A stretch of 64,000 nucleotides of DNA from an uncultured Nitrososphaerota archaeon (lineage in GTDB: Archaea > Asgardarchaeota > Njordarchaeia > Njordarchaeales > Panguiarchaeaceae): the NCBI GenBank assembly GCA_964636085.1, contig CAZWPQ010000002.1:26401-90400 (forward strand), written 5' to 3'. Position numbers and translations under genes: made by a program. The notes under the pieces are model-generated. The model saw only the letters and a program-made list of their open reading frames with translations, was not told where the DNA came from and searched no databases. Of the stretch, positions 11,701 to 19,858 are shown one piece after another. The first letter of the stretch is position 1; each line of letters starts with the position of its first letter.

Positions 11701-13097
11701 ATGCTATCGATAATTATGGGATCGATAGATACTATGTAAAGGTTGGAGACGGTGCATGGATCGATGTTGGTCTCTCAAACAACTATACCGTTACTGGTCT
11801 GGTTAATGGAGAAAACACTGTATATATAAAGGCTGTTGATAAGGCTGGCAACGCCGATGTTGAGATAGTGACAATAATTGTTGATACAGAGCCCCCAACT
11901 ATCAATATTGTCTATCCTTCAAATGGGACATACATAAATGTGGACAACATAATAATTTCATGGGAAGCAAACGACAACATGGAGATAGAAAGGTTTGAGA
12001 TAAGTATTAATGGTGGAGATTGGATAGATCTTGGAAAGTCAACAGGATACGCAATGGCGGAGATGGATGAGGGAATATACCTAATAGTTGTTAGATGTTA
12101 CGACATTGCTGGAAATGCGAATAGCGATGCCATAACCTTTATCGTGGATTATACGGCCCCAGAATTTATTATGTACTCCCCACCAGATGGCTCATACTTC
12201 AACTACACCAATATTGAAATCCAGTGGAACGCCACAGATAACTATGGAATCGACCACTATGAAGTATATGTAAACAACGAACTCCTCTACTCGGGAACAA
12301 ATAGCAGCCTAGGAGTAGAACTTTCGGCTGACACACATTCCATTAAGATAATAGCCTATGACTATGCTGGCAATTCAAGATATGTAGCGATTGTTGTTCA
12401 CATAGACCTTCAGACTCCATCCATCATAATAACATCTCCATCAGATGGTGCCTATATTAATGAAGACACAATATCGGTGGCATGGTCTGCCATTGATGAC
12501 TTTGGTATAGATCATTATTGCATTAGGATAGACAATGAGTCATGGATATCCATCACTAATAATAGATATATGTTCTATGGCTTAAGTGAGGGGCTACATG
12601 CAATATATGTAAGGGCATTTGACAAGGCTGGAAATTCAGCAGAGTCTAATGTATCGATTATTGTTGATCTAACAGAACCAGCAATAATAATATTGGAGCC
12701 AAAGAATAATTCGGAGCTAAATGCCACCACGGTAACAATATCATGGAATGCTACCGACAACTTTGACCTCGACCATATAGAGATATCCATAAATAATTCG
12801 GCATGGCAAGACATTGGACTCACGAATAGCATTAAGCTACAACTAGACTATGGCAAATACATAGTGAAACTGAGAGCATATGACAAAGCTGGAAATATGA
12901 AGGAAGTAGCAGTAGTATTCATAATCAAGCAAATACAGGCACCTCCATCCCATCTCAAGTGGCTACCCTTCATTGCTATAGGTGCAGCGATAGCAATAGC
13001 ACTTGTCTTAGTACCCTGGTGGAAGAGAAGAAAGAGTCGCGCGGCTGAGGAATTAGAGATTATTGAAAAGCCTATTGACGAGGAGGAGGCGGAATAA
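5703..13097 (+). CDS. Membrane-anchored S8 subtilisin-like serine protease with a duplicated ILLVDDD module and Ig-like repeats
   Basis: Signal peptide; IVDTGID, HGTHCASIAAG, AAGNDG, GTSMATPHVSG; repeated D.T.P...W...DN...A.D.AGN Ig-like units; C-terminal TM followed by KRRK and an acidic tail. Confidence 0.92.
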   Translation: MGEGALSKILRGLSIIFLIVAASIPLAKPAKSSDKARIVFIKNNGGLSEFLYQFFRSRGVPVVLVGDNGRPTKSSIIDDTVKSRLTRDDIWDLIRIARGEEIPSVEYQELRTKTGLDIDPVSAGLILKSLDTTIDRDPEVIFLGKYNMYINLRNSYAAMEHWLVNLENYDSDHDKIADKLEEIIAIGTEKIVIPGRKVMLDLGDMIVPIDEIGPKTIEIRYSRDDLIFVDVAAADRRLEEAIAYFKSMGGTIETVYREICAFSGYIELYKVPLLSRSPLIGFIEQHNEYFYPMTSWTVLQMRIGTLSTKLVPPNSYPMNNETPWGRGIFGDPSIAIAIVDTGIDDTHPLTNKVIYWYDYSGDDATSPEDYHGHGTHCASIAAGNIWTGDYVEWGIIARNRTDSFGASGNYYLYIDSPGWYGVAALYYTSSGTADISFEVYDPNHVLLNTSRQVYASFWGTVEIEQAVFNASLPGTYNVSVTNLGTTGGTLIVTWEKQFPYGSYGSQPGRHAGVAPEVKLVGLKIFDRSGWFGDYNFDSIRWLIQNASDYNITVSSNSWGGGDDATLNELMNQLVMSGVVTVVAAGNDGAGGNIGSPGSADLVITVAAMNDINEISEYSTSGDTTTGNTIKPDVSANGGTGYYNGDYIDKEDSDLDGSSGAVAAADSNDADNAPSGGGLLGDAITTLDNFWDIQGTSMATPHVSGLAALVVSALGGASSWVWDGEHALKVKMLILMTSVEFTRAETGQTVPSLDRGGKDNVEGYGRVNGDAAVMAVLNELFPNRTYRYTLGSNNSTAIAQGIAPRVWAGKIYLEAGSRYRFNLTVPSGADFDLYIYYGEPDEYGQPVIAGKSTSDSIGGNEVVDIIATKSGYYYVVVKWVDRSATTPSIPDEQNYGEFTLHIDILDRGIPIVEIIEPEEGDIIEGVTRIYVNATDVDGTITYVYLNISNSTWGTVVDITSNYDASRGLYYYDWDTSTVADGYYMIFAGARDNESKTNNDTIQVHVWNNIPPILLVDDDKGDSYETYYEQALQDLGYQRDIDYIYWDVSVNGTPTKYLLDRVVIVIWFTGDDFTTTLTTEERDVLEYYLSRCGQLFISGQDIGFDIGDTTWYSTWLKANYERDDTNIDYVRGVSGTLFGGAIYNLSGTDSANNNDFPDEISPTGGSTQILYYDDDTGIGAGVMYDDEYRLVYMSFPFEAIDGSVNRSDAMQRATDWMKAPIAKIYDYSFYIDKYTENVSLAIAARAYHYIRNLEILINGTVVYSLSPGRRTYINNITIDTSSFPSGTLNITLRIVDNNLDEVTDTIFISREHLYLDLVFPNTYDPVWSTTRILVNASTYSGVNLTTLNVTISNETWSQIIDILSNYDSQTGYYYYDWDTTGVADGSYNISVSAITDEGSSKTDNVYNIGVWNGIVPILLVDDDNWHDYEQYFMEALENLSYHFNRDYAYWNTTRRGAPPQDFLDRVQIMIWECGLSAPNSAERNAISEFLSDLGQLFISGQDIGYLIGDTDWYKDWLRAIYERDDTNINNVSGVAGTIFEGVTYLLSGSDSANNNFWPDEISPTNGSFLMMYYGRDPSIGAAIGYDGYYRLVYFAYPFESINGSEYRADALDRILQWLRKPIGAIVSPENMTITNNDTIDIIVHAKAITGLDIIRIYVNGSLVVFDDIDGVELIKHYDIDVSGYPDYTTLNITLVTNSVTGDMDTFMIYIIRDKVPPYAEFLSPANGSYFNVTDITFEWNGTDNFGMNHYEIRIDGGAWIDVDLQNEYTFAGLDEGIHTVDLKAIDLAGNQFTTSLTVIVDLTPPVLIDIFPENDSYVQSKVVISWNFSDNYELDCYKIRLDGGAWIMTTSTSHVYEYLTEGEHSVYIRAYDKAGNVKLITLRIIADTTDPYIEITYPPGGTFLNTSTVYVEWYMSDNFELDHCEIRVDGGEWIDVGLASNYTISGMSEGTHIIDVRVYDSAGNYGEDTVVISIDLTPPIIVAVYPDYEFYINTTSTVISWDAIDNYGIDRYYVKVGDGAWIDVGLSNNYTVTGLVNGENTVYIKAVDKAGNADVEIVTIIVDTEPPTINIVYPSNGTYINVDNIIISWEANDNMEIERFEISINGGDWIDLGKSTGYAMAEMDEGIYLIVVRCYDIAGNANSDAITFIVDYTAPEFIMYSPPDGSYFNYTNIEIQWNATDNYGIDHYEVYVNNELLYSGTNSSLGVELSADTHSIKIIAYDYAGNSRYVAIVVHIDLQTPSIIITSPSDGAYINEDTISVAWSAIDDFGIDHYCIRIDNESWISITNNRYMFYGLSEGLHAIYVRAFDKAGNSAESNVSIIVDLTEPAIIILEPKNNSELNATTVTISWNATDNFDLDHIEISINNSAWQDIGLTNSIKLQLDYGKYIVKLRAYDKAGNMKEVAVVFIIKQIQAPPSHLKWLPFIAIGAAIAIALVLVPWWKRRKSRAAEELEIIEKPIDEEEAE

Positions 13098-13140
13098 ACT
13101 CTTTAATCTTTTTACTTTTCCGCCTCTGTCTTTTAATTCT
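13098..13140 (+). terminator. T-rich archaeal terminator
   Basis: CTTTAATCTTTTTACTTTT immediately after the protease stop codon. Confidence 0.45.
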
Positions 13141-13391
13141 GCGGCCTATTGCCTATCTATATGTCTATTATATGTCTTATTCTTCCAGTTGATGGCTATG
13201 CTATCAGTGGTGGAGAAATTATTTGAGACCAAAATAATTATGATTGCATAATTTACTTCTTGCTCTTTTGATGCTTGTGCGATAATATATACGGGAGAAT
13301 AGCGAGCATAGAATCTGCTAGAGACGATATGTGTCATGTTCTATATTCGTGTGTGCGTATTTTTATTTACTAATTATTTTTTTATGTTGAC

Positions 13392-13560
13392 ATGAGTGTC
13401 ATTGACATGAATGTCTATGACAATTACGTCGATATTATTTATTCAAAATCTGAAAGAAACCTGTTCACGAATAGAGAGGAGACCCTAAAAAAATCTTATG
13501 TTTGCTCTTGATGAGGTAAAGAAGAAGGGCTTTCGAGGCTTTACATTCGAAACTCACTAA
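13392..13560 (+). pseudogene. N-terminal remnant of an archaeal AAA ATPase
   Basis: MSVIDMNVYDNY...NLFTNREETLK, then a frameshift in an A7 run to LMFALDEVKKKG; F.NRE.EL is the typical start of archaeal ATPases; no Walker A follows. Confidence 0.45.
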
Positions 13561-13644
13561 AAAGCTACTTAAACGCTCATTAGAGGATAACTCGCATACA
13601 TATCCCCCCGTTGTATAGGGCTAAAATAATTATCATGGGCATCG

Positions 13645-14412
13645 CTACTGTAGCTTTTCTACATGGGCTAGAAGTTCGCAGAGCTTATTTATCACATATA
13701 TATTCGTATCATAGAACCGTGTCATGTCTAGTCTTATTCTATATTTATTCCACACATAACTCGTAATATGGGGCGCTAAATCCTTTACAAGATATACCCC
13801 CCTATTGAACATATCTGTTATCCAGTACAGGTTTTTTATACCAGCGTTAAGGGCGCCATACACATCGAAGTAGGGGTGATCCCCCACAAAATAAATTTTA
13901 TCTGCTGGGAGCCCAGAAATAGAGAAAATCTTCTCAAATGCTTTCCTCGACGGTTTTGGCTCCTCCATACGATCATTAGTTATTAGCTCGTCTATAAGAC
14001 CCGCAATACCAACTTTACGTAGTACTGGAAACTGGTACCTATAATACCCATTCGTCAACACATATATGGCTCCACCACTCTTTTTTATTGTCCTCAATAC
14101 ATCGGCAGCACATTCATTGGTGTCTACTAAGCACTTATTTATTCCCTCTAATATAAGTTCTAGAAAGAGCCCCCTCCTATACGTAATACCTATCCTTCTA
14201 CATGAAAACTCTGAAACCTTCTCCCAGTCAAAAGCATCCGTAAACCTCCTCGCTCTAACCAATTCATAATAGGTATCCAAGAAAATCTTCGGAAAAACAT
14301 CACGCTCTTCGTCCAAACCCAATACCTTAGGGAGTTTTTCATATGCATATTTAAAGGCCCTATTTCTAACAAGCGTACCATCTTGATCGAAAACAAATGC
14401 GAAATCCACCAT
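13645..14412 (-). CDS. HAD-superfamily hydrolase
   Basis: FDQDGTL, LTNG, KP and VGDHPYFDVYGA (motifs I-IV). Confidence 0.9.
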   Translation of the reverse strand: MVDFAFVFDQDGTLVRNRAFKYAYEKLPKVLGLDEERDVFPKIFLDTYYELVRARRFTDAFDWEKVSEFSCRRIGITYRRGLFLELILEGINKCLVDTNECAADVLRTIKKSGGAIYVLTNGYYRYQFPVLRKVGIAGLIDELITNDRMEEPKPSRKAFEKIFSISGLPADKIYFVGDHPYFDVYGALNAGIKNLYWITDMFNRGVYLVKDLAPHITSYVWNKYRIRLDMTRFYDTNIYVINKLCELLAHVEKLQ

Positions 14413-14490
14413 ACTTATGAACCTCCCAACAGTTATTCAAATACAGTCAAGATAAATAATATCAAGGAGTTTTGGATCCCGAAAATTATT

Positions 14491-15210
14491 TTATTTAGTA
14501 GTCATTCTTATGGCGGCCACTATCTCAGCCTTAAGTTTGTTCTCCTCATATTCGTCTAATACTGGTTTACTCCCTACTAATCCCTCGCTAACTCTTTTTA
14601 TGCCTTCTCTGCCACCTACGAACATCCCTTCACTTATCACTCCTAAGATATTTTTTGGCGGCAAAAATGCTAAGGGAAGCACATCGCCCCTTTTTACTGT
14701 TTGATCATTCGTAACAATTTCATATGTCTCCAAGCCATCAGTCACCCATACAATTAATAGGTTCTGGGACTTTGGATGATTCTCAACATTTACGACCTTG
14801 ACATATGACATCGCAACGACGCTCGAAATATCCAATTTTTGCCTCACTAATCTCTCCCTCAGCGTACTGAGGGTCTTTACGAAGAATCTCACCATTTTTC
14901 TAGTCGCGTCGTCTTGTTTATCTAGAACGGGCCATACCAAGTTTTTAAATTCTTTGAGTTCCCTATCAAGATTATCCAATAAGCCCTGCTCCTCCATACA
15001 TTTTGGGCTCACATAGCTCCACTTTATTTTCCTCATTATCTCACATAGGTTGTTGAGTTTTTCTAGGAGGGCATCACGACGGATATGCTGGATCTTTCGC
15101 GACTTAAAATAATCGAGAATATTCCTAGCTACGGCTTCAGCAAAGAGGATCCTAGGATCCTTAGACGTATCATAATACTCCATTATGGGGCACCCAACAT
15201 AAACATACAT
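14491..15210 (-). CDS. tRNA-binding protein with C-terminal EMAP/CsaA-like OB domain (COG2517-like)
   Basis: VENHPKSQNL...IVTND..VKRGD...LPPKNILGVISEGMF; N-terminal YDTSKDPRI helical part. Confidence 0.8.
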   Translation of the reverse strand: MYVYVGCPIMEYYDTSKDPRILFAEAVARNILDYFKSRKIQHIRRDALLEKLNNLCEIMRKIKWSYVSPKCMEEQGLLDNLDRELKEFKNLVWPVLDKQDDATRKMVRFFVKTLSTLRERLVRQKLDISSVVAMSYVKVVNVENHPKSQNLLIVWVTDGLETYEIVTNDQTVKRGDVLPLAFLPPKNILGVISEGMFVGGREGIKRVSEGLVGSKPVLDEYEENKLKAEIVAAIRMTTK

Positions 15211-15467
15211 AATTTACATAATTAAGTAATCTATAAACAAAAAAACATAAGCCTTTAAACCCGAAAACTGCCAAACATAGTAAGAGAGGTGAATACACTA
15301 ATGATATATCTTTTTCGCTCCAGGGAAACATTAATTCTGTAGCAATGATTGTTGAAGTATGCATGAGTGTTATGATATTAGTATTTTTTCCATCCTTATA
15401 TCTATGGAAACAACTTGGCGAGCTGGTTTGTTGCTAGAATAAACATAGGATTGTTTTTGGGCCCAAA

Positions 15468-16358
15468 ATGGACATGGTTGGCGTCAGAGAAATTCCCGCT
15501 AAATCAATATTAAACAAGCATAGAAGGAGAGATAGCTGGTTTTTGGACGATTATTCATTAAATCCATACATAAACTGCCAGTTCGGATGCGTATATTGCT
15601 ACATACATGGAGGGAGATACGGCAAACGCATTGGAGGAATTGCGGTTAAGATAAATGCTCCCTCCCTCTTGGAGAGAGAATTAAGGAATCTCTATAAGGC
15701 CAAAAAGTTTGGATTCATTGCCCTCTCATCATCTACAGAGCCCTGGCAACCCATAGAGAATAGGTACATGATAACTAGAAAATGCCTAGAGATAGTCCTT
15801 AGGTATAGATTTCCGATCCATGTTTTGACGAAGTCCGATCTCGTTCTACGCGATTTCAACATCCTAAAACTGATAAATGAAAACGCAATACTTCCCGTGG
15901 ATCTAAGTGACAAGATAAATTGTGGTCTCTTTCTGACGGTATCTCTATCAACTATTGATGAAGGGATCGCTAGAATCTTTGAACCCCACGCACCTCCTCC
16001 CTCTAGAAGACTGGACATTATAGAGAAGGCAGTCAATAACGGCATTTGTGCCGGCGTGGCATATATCCCAGTGCTACCATATATATCCGACTCCACAGAT
16101 ACTCTCGAAGAAATGGTTCTGGAGGCGAAATCCCATGGGGCTAGATACGTATTTTTCGGGGCGCTAACTCTTGAGGGGAAGGGAAAAAGAGCGTTCTTTA
16201 GTATCATCGAGAGAGAATTTCCTGAACTTCTAAACAAATACCAAAGACTTTATAGAACATCATTTCAGCCCAGTCGGGAATACCAAAACAGATTATATTC
16301 CATCGCTAGATCACTATGTAGAAAATATAATGTAAAGTACTCCCTCTTGGCTACATAG
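15468..16358 (+). CDS. Radical SAM protein, SplB/Rv2578c-like
   Basis: LNPYINCQFGCVYCY (CxxxCxxC), TEPWQPIE, LTKSDLVLRD, FEPHAPPP. Confidence 0.88.
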   Translation: MDMVGVREIPAKSILNKHRRRDSWFLDDYSLNPYINCQFGCVYCYIHGGRYGKRIGGIAVKINAPSLLERELRNLYKAKKFGFIALSSSTEPWQPIENRYMITRKCLEIVLRYRFPIHVLTKSDLVLRDFNILKLINENAILPVDLSDKINCGLFLTVSLSTIDEGIARIFEPHAPPPSRRLDIIEKAVNNGICAGVAYIPVLPYISDSTDTLEEMVLEAKSHGARYVFFGALTLEGKGKRAFFSIIEREFPELLNKYQRLYRTSFQPSREYQNRLYSIARSLCRKYNVKYSLLAT

Positions 16359-16631
16359 TTTTCTCAAAATACAAGAATTCTAAGTGGCAGTAGAAAATGA
16401 TGCATCATATTTATAATATTGGAGCCGAGTTTTGTTCATGAATAAACGATGGTGAGAAATAAGTCTAGTATTAATGGTCTCCCACAGATAGGCTGATTGT
16501 CATATAGGTTCTCCCATTATGGCCAGAAAAGTACCTAGGCGTATGGCTCGAGGATAACAAAATATTCTATAGTCATTAAAAAGATTTTCTATACTTTTGT
16601 TTGGAGGCCATAGCTCCTAGTATAGATATGT

Positions 16632-17882
16632 GTGAGTAAATTGAGCTTGATAGATACCCTACTGGGCCTAATACCATCAGGCGAGAATATTATAAGGGAT
16701 TTGCTCTTCGTGAGTTTAACGCGAATTCATGGTGGCGACAAATATATTGGAGAAATAGCAAATCCGCTATTGAGAGCGGAGGCCCTAATACATATCGGAT
16801 CGGGGGAGGATTTAGAGAAGCTTGGATCCGAGTACCTATACAGAATGGTGGATCTTCATCCCATGGGCGTGTTGATCTATTTATCAAAGATTGATCCCAG
16901 TGATATTGGTCTAAGGCTATACACATATGTGATTAAGAAGGCCATGAGATCAATAAATCTTCTGGCTTTGGCTGTTAGCTATACTGGTTCCAGAAGACTC
17001 TACGATATCTTTACGGGCATAATCGAAGGTGAGAAGGACGCTAAAAAAATATTAAACATATCTATATTGCTTGACGCAATAATCTTTAGGTACTCTATAG
17101 ATGAGGTACTTCCATTCGGAATAAACACCATAGAGAATTACATGTCCAACAGTAAATACCCAGACATACTTAGGAGAATGCTATTGTCAACACTTCTAGC
17201 TTGTCATGCCATCCGCGGAGAGGGGGATGTGGACGAGATTTCTTCGGTTCTCATAAGGGGACTAAGATTAAGCACTGATGATCCATTCTATCTCCAGGCG
17301 GCTCCAATAATCGCTAAGAACTTGTATGTGGCAGATAAGATTGATTTGTCAAAAGATATTTTCTACAGACTCAAAGAACTGAAGAATAGGATGCTACAGA
17401 GTTATGGGCCACTTAGTTTTATTACGCCAACATCCCCTGGAAAAATAACTAGGATATTAAATAATATCGCCCTCATAATCAATAGTCTAATACATGTATT
17501 TAATGCCTTCAGCCGGTCTGAAAGACTTATAGATAACAAATTCGCCATAGAATATCTGGGTTCATTGCTCCACGAGTCCATGGATCCCATAATTCTCGCT
17601 GTCCAAACAAAATTCCTAATAAGAGAGAACCCGCATAATGTTGGGGAAACCATAGATAGATATATCTCAAACTCCGATAAGATACTATCAAAGGGAGAGA
17701 AATATGTAACATATAGGAACCTGGGTCAGATATATACTCTAAAAAGCATCACGGATACGGGAAGAGAACATATAGAGAGTATACTTTTACAAAAAGGATT
17801 TGATATCATCCAGCACTTCATATTGGGATTATATGAGGAGTCGCTAAGGCAGTATCCCATCAGCAATAATATTCAAACATAA
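16632..17882 (+). CDS. Hypothetical, probably all-alpha protein
   Basis: 416-aa ORF, Leu/Ile-rich helical pattern, no recognised motif. Confidence 0.7.
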   Translation: MSKLSLIDTLLGLIPSGENIIRDLLFVSLTRIHGGDKYIGEIANPLLRAEALIHIGSGEDLEKLGSEYLYRMVDLHPMGVLIYLSKIDPSDIGLRLYTYVIKKAMRSINLLALAVSYTGSRRLYDIFTGIIEGEKDAKKILNISILLDAIIFRYSIDEVLPFGINTIENYMSNSKYPDILRRMLLSTLLACHAIRGEGDVDEISSVLIRGLRLSTDDPFYLQAAPIIAKNLYVADKIDLSKDIFYRLKELKNRMLQSYGPLSFITPTSPGKITRILNNIALIINSLIHVFNAFSRSERLIDNKFAIEYLGSLLHESMDPIILAVQTKFLIRENPHNVGETIDRYISNSDKILSKGEKYVTYRNLGQIYTLKSITDTGREHIESILLQKGFDIIQHFILGLYEESLRQYPISNNIQT

Positions 17883-17902
17883 TATCTTTTTTAAGGAGGG
17901 AG

Positions 17903-18850
17903 GTGGATGTATTGAGGCTTATCGCTATAGGAGAGGTCATCGAAAATAGAGAAGGGAATGCCAAAATTCTAATATATCCAAGGTTTGCCCGTGGATTGAG
18001 GGGGCTGGACGAGTATTCGCATTGCATTATACTCTATTATCTCCACAAGGTGGTTCTCGATATCGAGAAATTTATCGCGGAGATCGATAAAATAAGACCT
18101 ATGCATGCACCATTAGGTGCTAGTTATGGCGTCTTTGCCACTAGGTCACCACACAGACCCAATCAGATAGGAATGACTGTTGTTCGGATAAAAAAGATCG
18201 ATGAGAACATTTTACATGTTGAGGGCTTCGATGGATATGTAGGAAGCCCAATTCTGGATATTAAGCCATATACGACTAGAGATATTGTCCTTAATGCATC
18301 CTTTCCCCAATGGTTCCCACGCAGAGACTACGAGGAAGAAGCCATATTGCTTGTTCATAATCGCATGAATAGTATATGGAATATGGGCAAAAAGGTACGC
18401 GAGTTACTTGTAGAACATGGCTATAATGTCTCCGCAGTATCGTATTCCCACAACAATTATGTGTCTATAAAAAATACATACTACAGACAGGAATATCCCC
18501 TACCATGCCTCACCATTACTAATCTATGTGAGATTATTATACAATTAGACTGTATCTATGCCACTTTTGCGGTCAGAAGGGATTCCATCGACAAAAACTT
18601 TCTAAAGTCCATGATCAATACGTTTGGTTTGGATCTCGAGATATTCGGCGGCGAGGACTACTTGCATACGTTCTATCCTAAAGATGAATTAACAAGCATT
18701 GATGACGTATTCATGGATATTATTCGGAGTGGCGAAAAAATCATACAATTGTCAATAAAGATCAAGTTTGAGAACTATCACCACATAATTGATGTGCTGG
18801 AGAAAATAACAACAATTATTGGCAAGTATGGCACAGTTATTCCCCCCTAA
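17903..18850 (+). CDS. tsaA: TsaA/TrmO tRNA methyltransferase-like domain fused to a DUF3201-like domain
   Basis: GLRGLDEYSH, GVFATRSPHRPNQIGMT, GSPILDIKPY; C-terminal half (YPLP, IFGGEDYL, SGEKIIQ) resembles DUF3201; SD GGAGG upstream. Confidence 0.8.
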   Translation: MDVLRLIAIGEVIENREGNAKILIYPRFARGLRGLDEYSHCIILYYLHKVVLDIEKFIAEIDKIRPMHAPLGASYGVFATRSPHRPNQIGMTVVRIKKIDENILHVEGFDGYVGSPILDIKPYTTRDIVLNASFPQWFPRRDYEEEAILLVHNRMNSIWNMGKKVRELLVEHGYNVSAVSYSHNNYVSIKNTYYRQEYPLPCLTITNLCEIIIQLDCIYATFAVRRDSIDKNFLKSMINTFGLDLEIFGGEDYLHTFYPKDELTSIDDVFMDIIRSGEKIIQLSIKIKFENYHHIIDVLEKITTIIGKYGTVIPP

Positions 18851-18917
18851 TATCCAATAGTATGTGACGAATTAATGTATCCATCTTTTATAGCATCAAA
18901 AACAGTAAAATGTTTGG

Positions 18918-19256
18918 GTGCCAAATATGGCCTCATTTAGCATAAAACCCAAGAGAAAAATCGGCGAGATCGAGATTAGTGAGGAATTCATAAACATCTA
19001 TAAGAAGATTCTATTAAGTGGTGCAAAGAAGTACTTCGGGGAATGGGTAGAATTTAATAGCAACACAAAAATCGTAGAGACAATAATCCTCGGCGAACTT
19101 AGGAACATAGTAACATATGGGCATCCTTACTGCCCCTGTAGGCCCGAAAAAATAAGAGATAACATATGCCCATGTGTTCCAGCAAAAAAGGAGCTAGAGA
19201 GGGATGGCATTTGCCACTGCCGTCTCTTTGTAAACCCAGAGAAGTACAGCAGGTAG
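18918..19256 (+). CDS. Ferredoxin-thioredoxin reductase catalytic subunit-like protein
   Basis: CPC...CPC...CHC motifs (YCPCR, ICPCV, ICHCRLF). Confidence 0.88.
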   Translation: MPNMASFSIKPKRKIGEIEISEEFINIYKKILLSGAKKYFGEWVEFNSNTKIVETIILGELRNIVTYGHPYCPCRPEKIRDNICPCVPAKKELERDGICHCRLFVNPEKYSR

Positions 19257-19348
19257 GAATTCTTCCCAAATTTTTAATTTTGATGCATCTGAAAACCCCT
19301 AAGTCCTTTAAGACGCCCCCTGAACTCTTGGTCAGATAGAAAAGCTTA

Positions 19349-19768
19349 GTGGAGATAAATCTCTTGCCGCTGGTTGGATGTGAAAAACTAGAGGAACTAT
19401 GGTTAAGTGGTAATCAGCCTAGGAGAGCTGTTCTTGCACCAATTAAGAGCCTTAAGCTATTAGCTCTAGACAGGAATCGCTTGACAAAAATAGATCTTTC
19501 TCCATTGTCTGGATGCAAAAAACTGGAAAAATTATTCCTATCACATAATCAACTTGAGCATATTGATCTATCTCCGCTTTCAAGCCTTAAAAACCTTAAA
19601 AGTCTGACACTACAACATAACAATTTAAAGAAGATAGATCTATCTCCTGTCGCCCATATTAGGGGACTCGTAATTGAGGCTGATTGTCATGCTAAGCTCT
19701 ATGGTGCGAATGTAGAGCTTGTAATGAGAAATATATTTTTTAGATTTTGTAAATATAGGGTAATCTAA
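19349..19768 (+). CDS. Leucine-rich repeat protein (IDLSPL type), possibly N-terminally truncated
   Basis: Repeats LxxLxLxxNxLxxIDLSPL; starts mid-repeat. Confidence 0.75.
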   Translation: MEINLLPLVGCEKLEELWLSGNQPRRAVLAPIKSLKLLALDRNRLTKIDLSPLSGCKKLEKLFLSHNQLEHIDLSPLSSLKNLKSLTLQHNNLKKIDLSPVAHIRGLVIEADCHAKLYGANVELVMRNIFFRFCKYRVI

Positions 19769-19858
19769 CCGCAGAAAGCAAAAAATTTGTGGCTAGAGTA
19801 TAGGTAGATATTCGGACTACCTTTAACCTTTTAAATAAAAAATATTTTTATTCTAGTT

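Noticed and set aside
13387-13415. Tandem TTGACATGA(G/A)TGTC repeat as a regulator site
   Set aside because: Only two short copies overlapping the start of a pseudogene fragment; cannot be distinguished from chance
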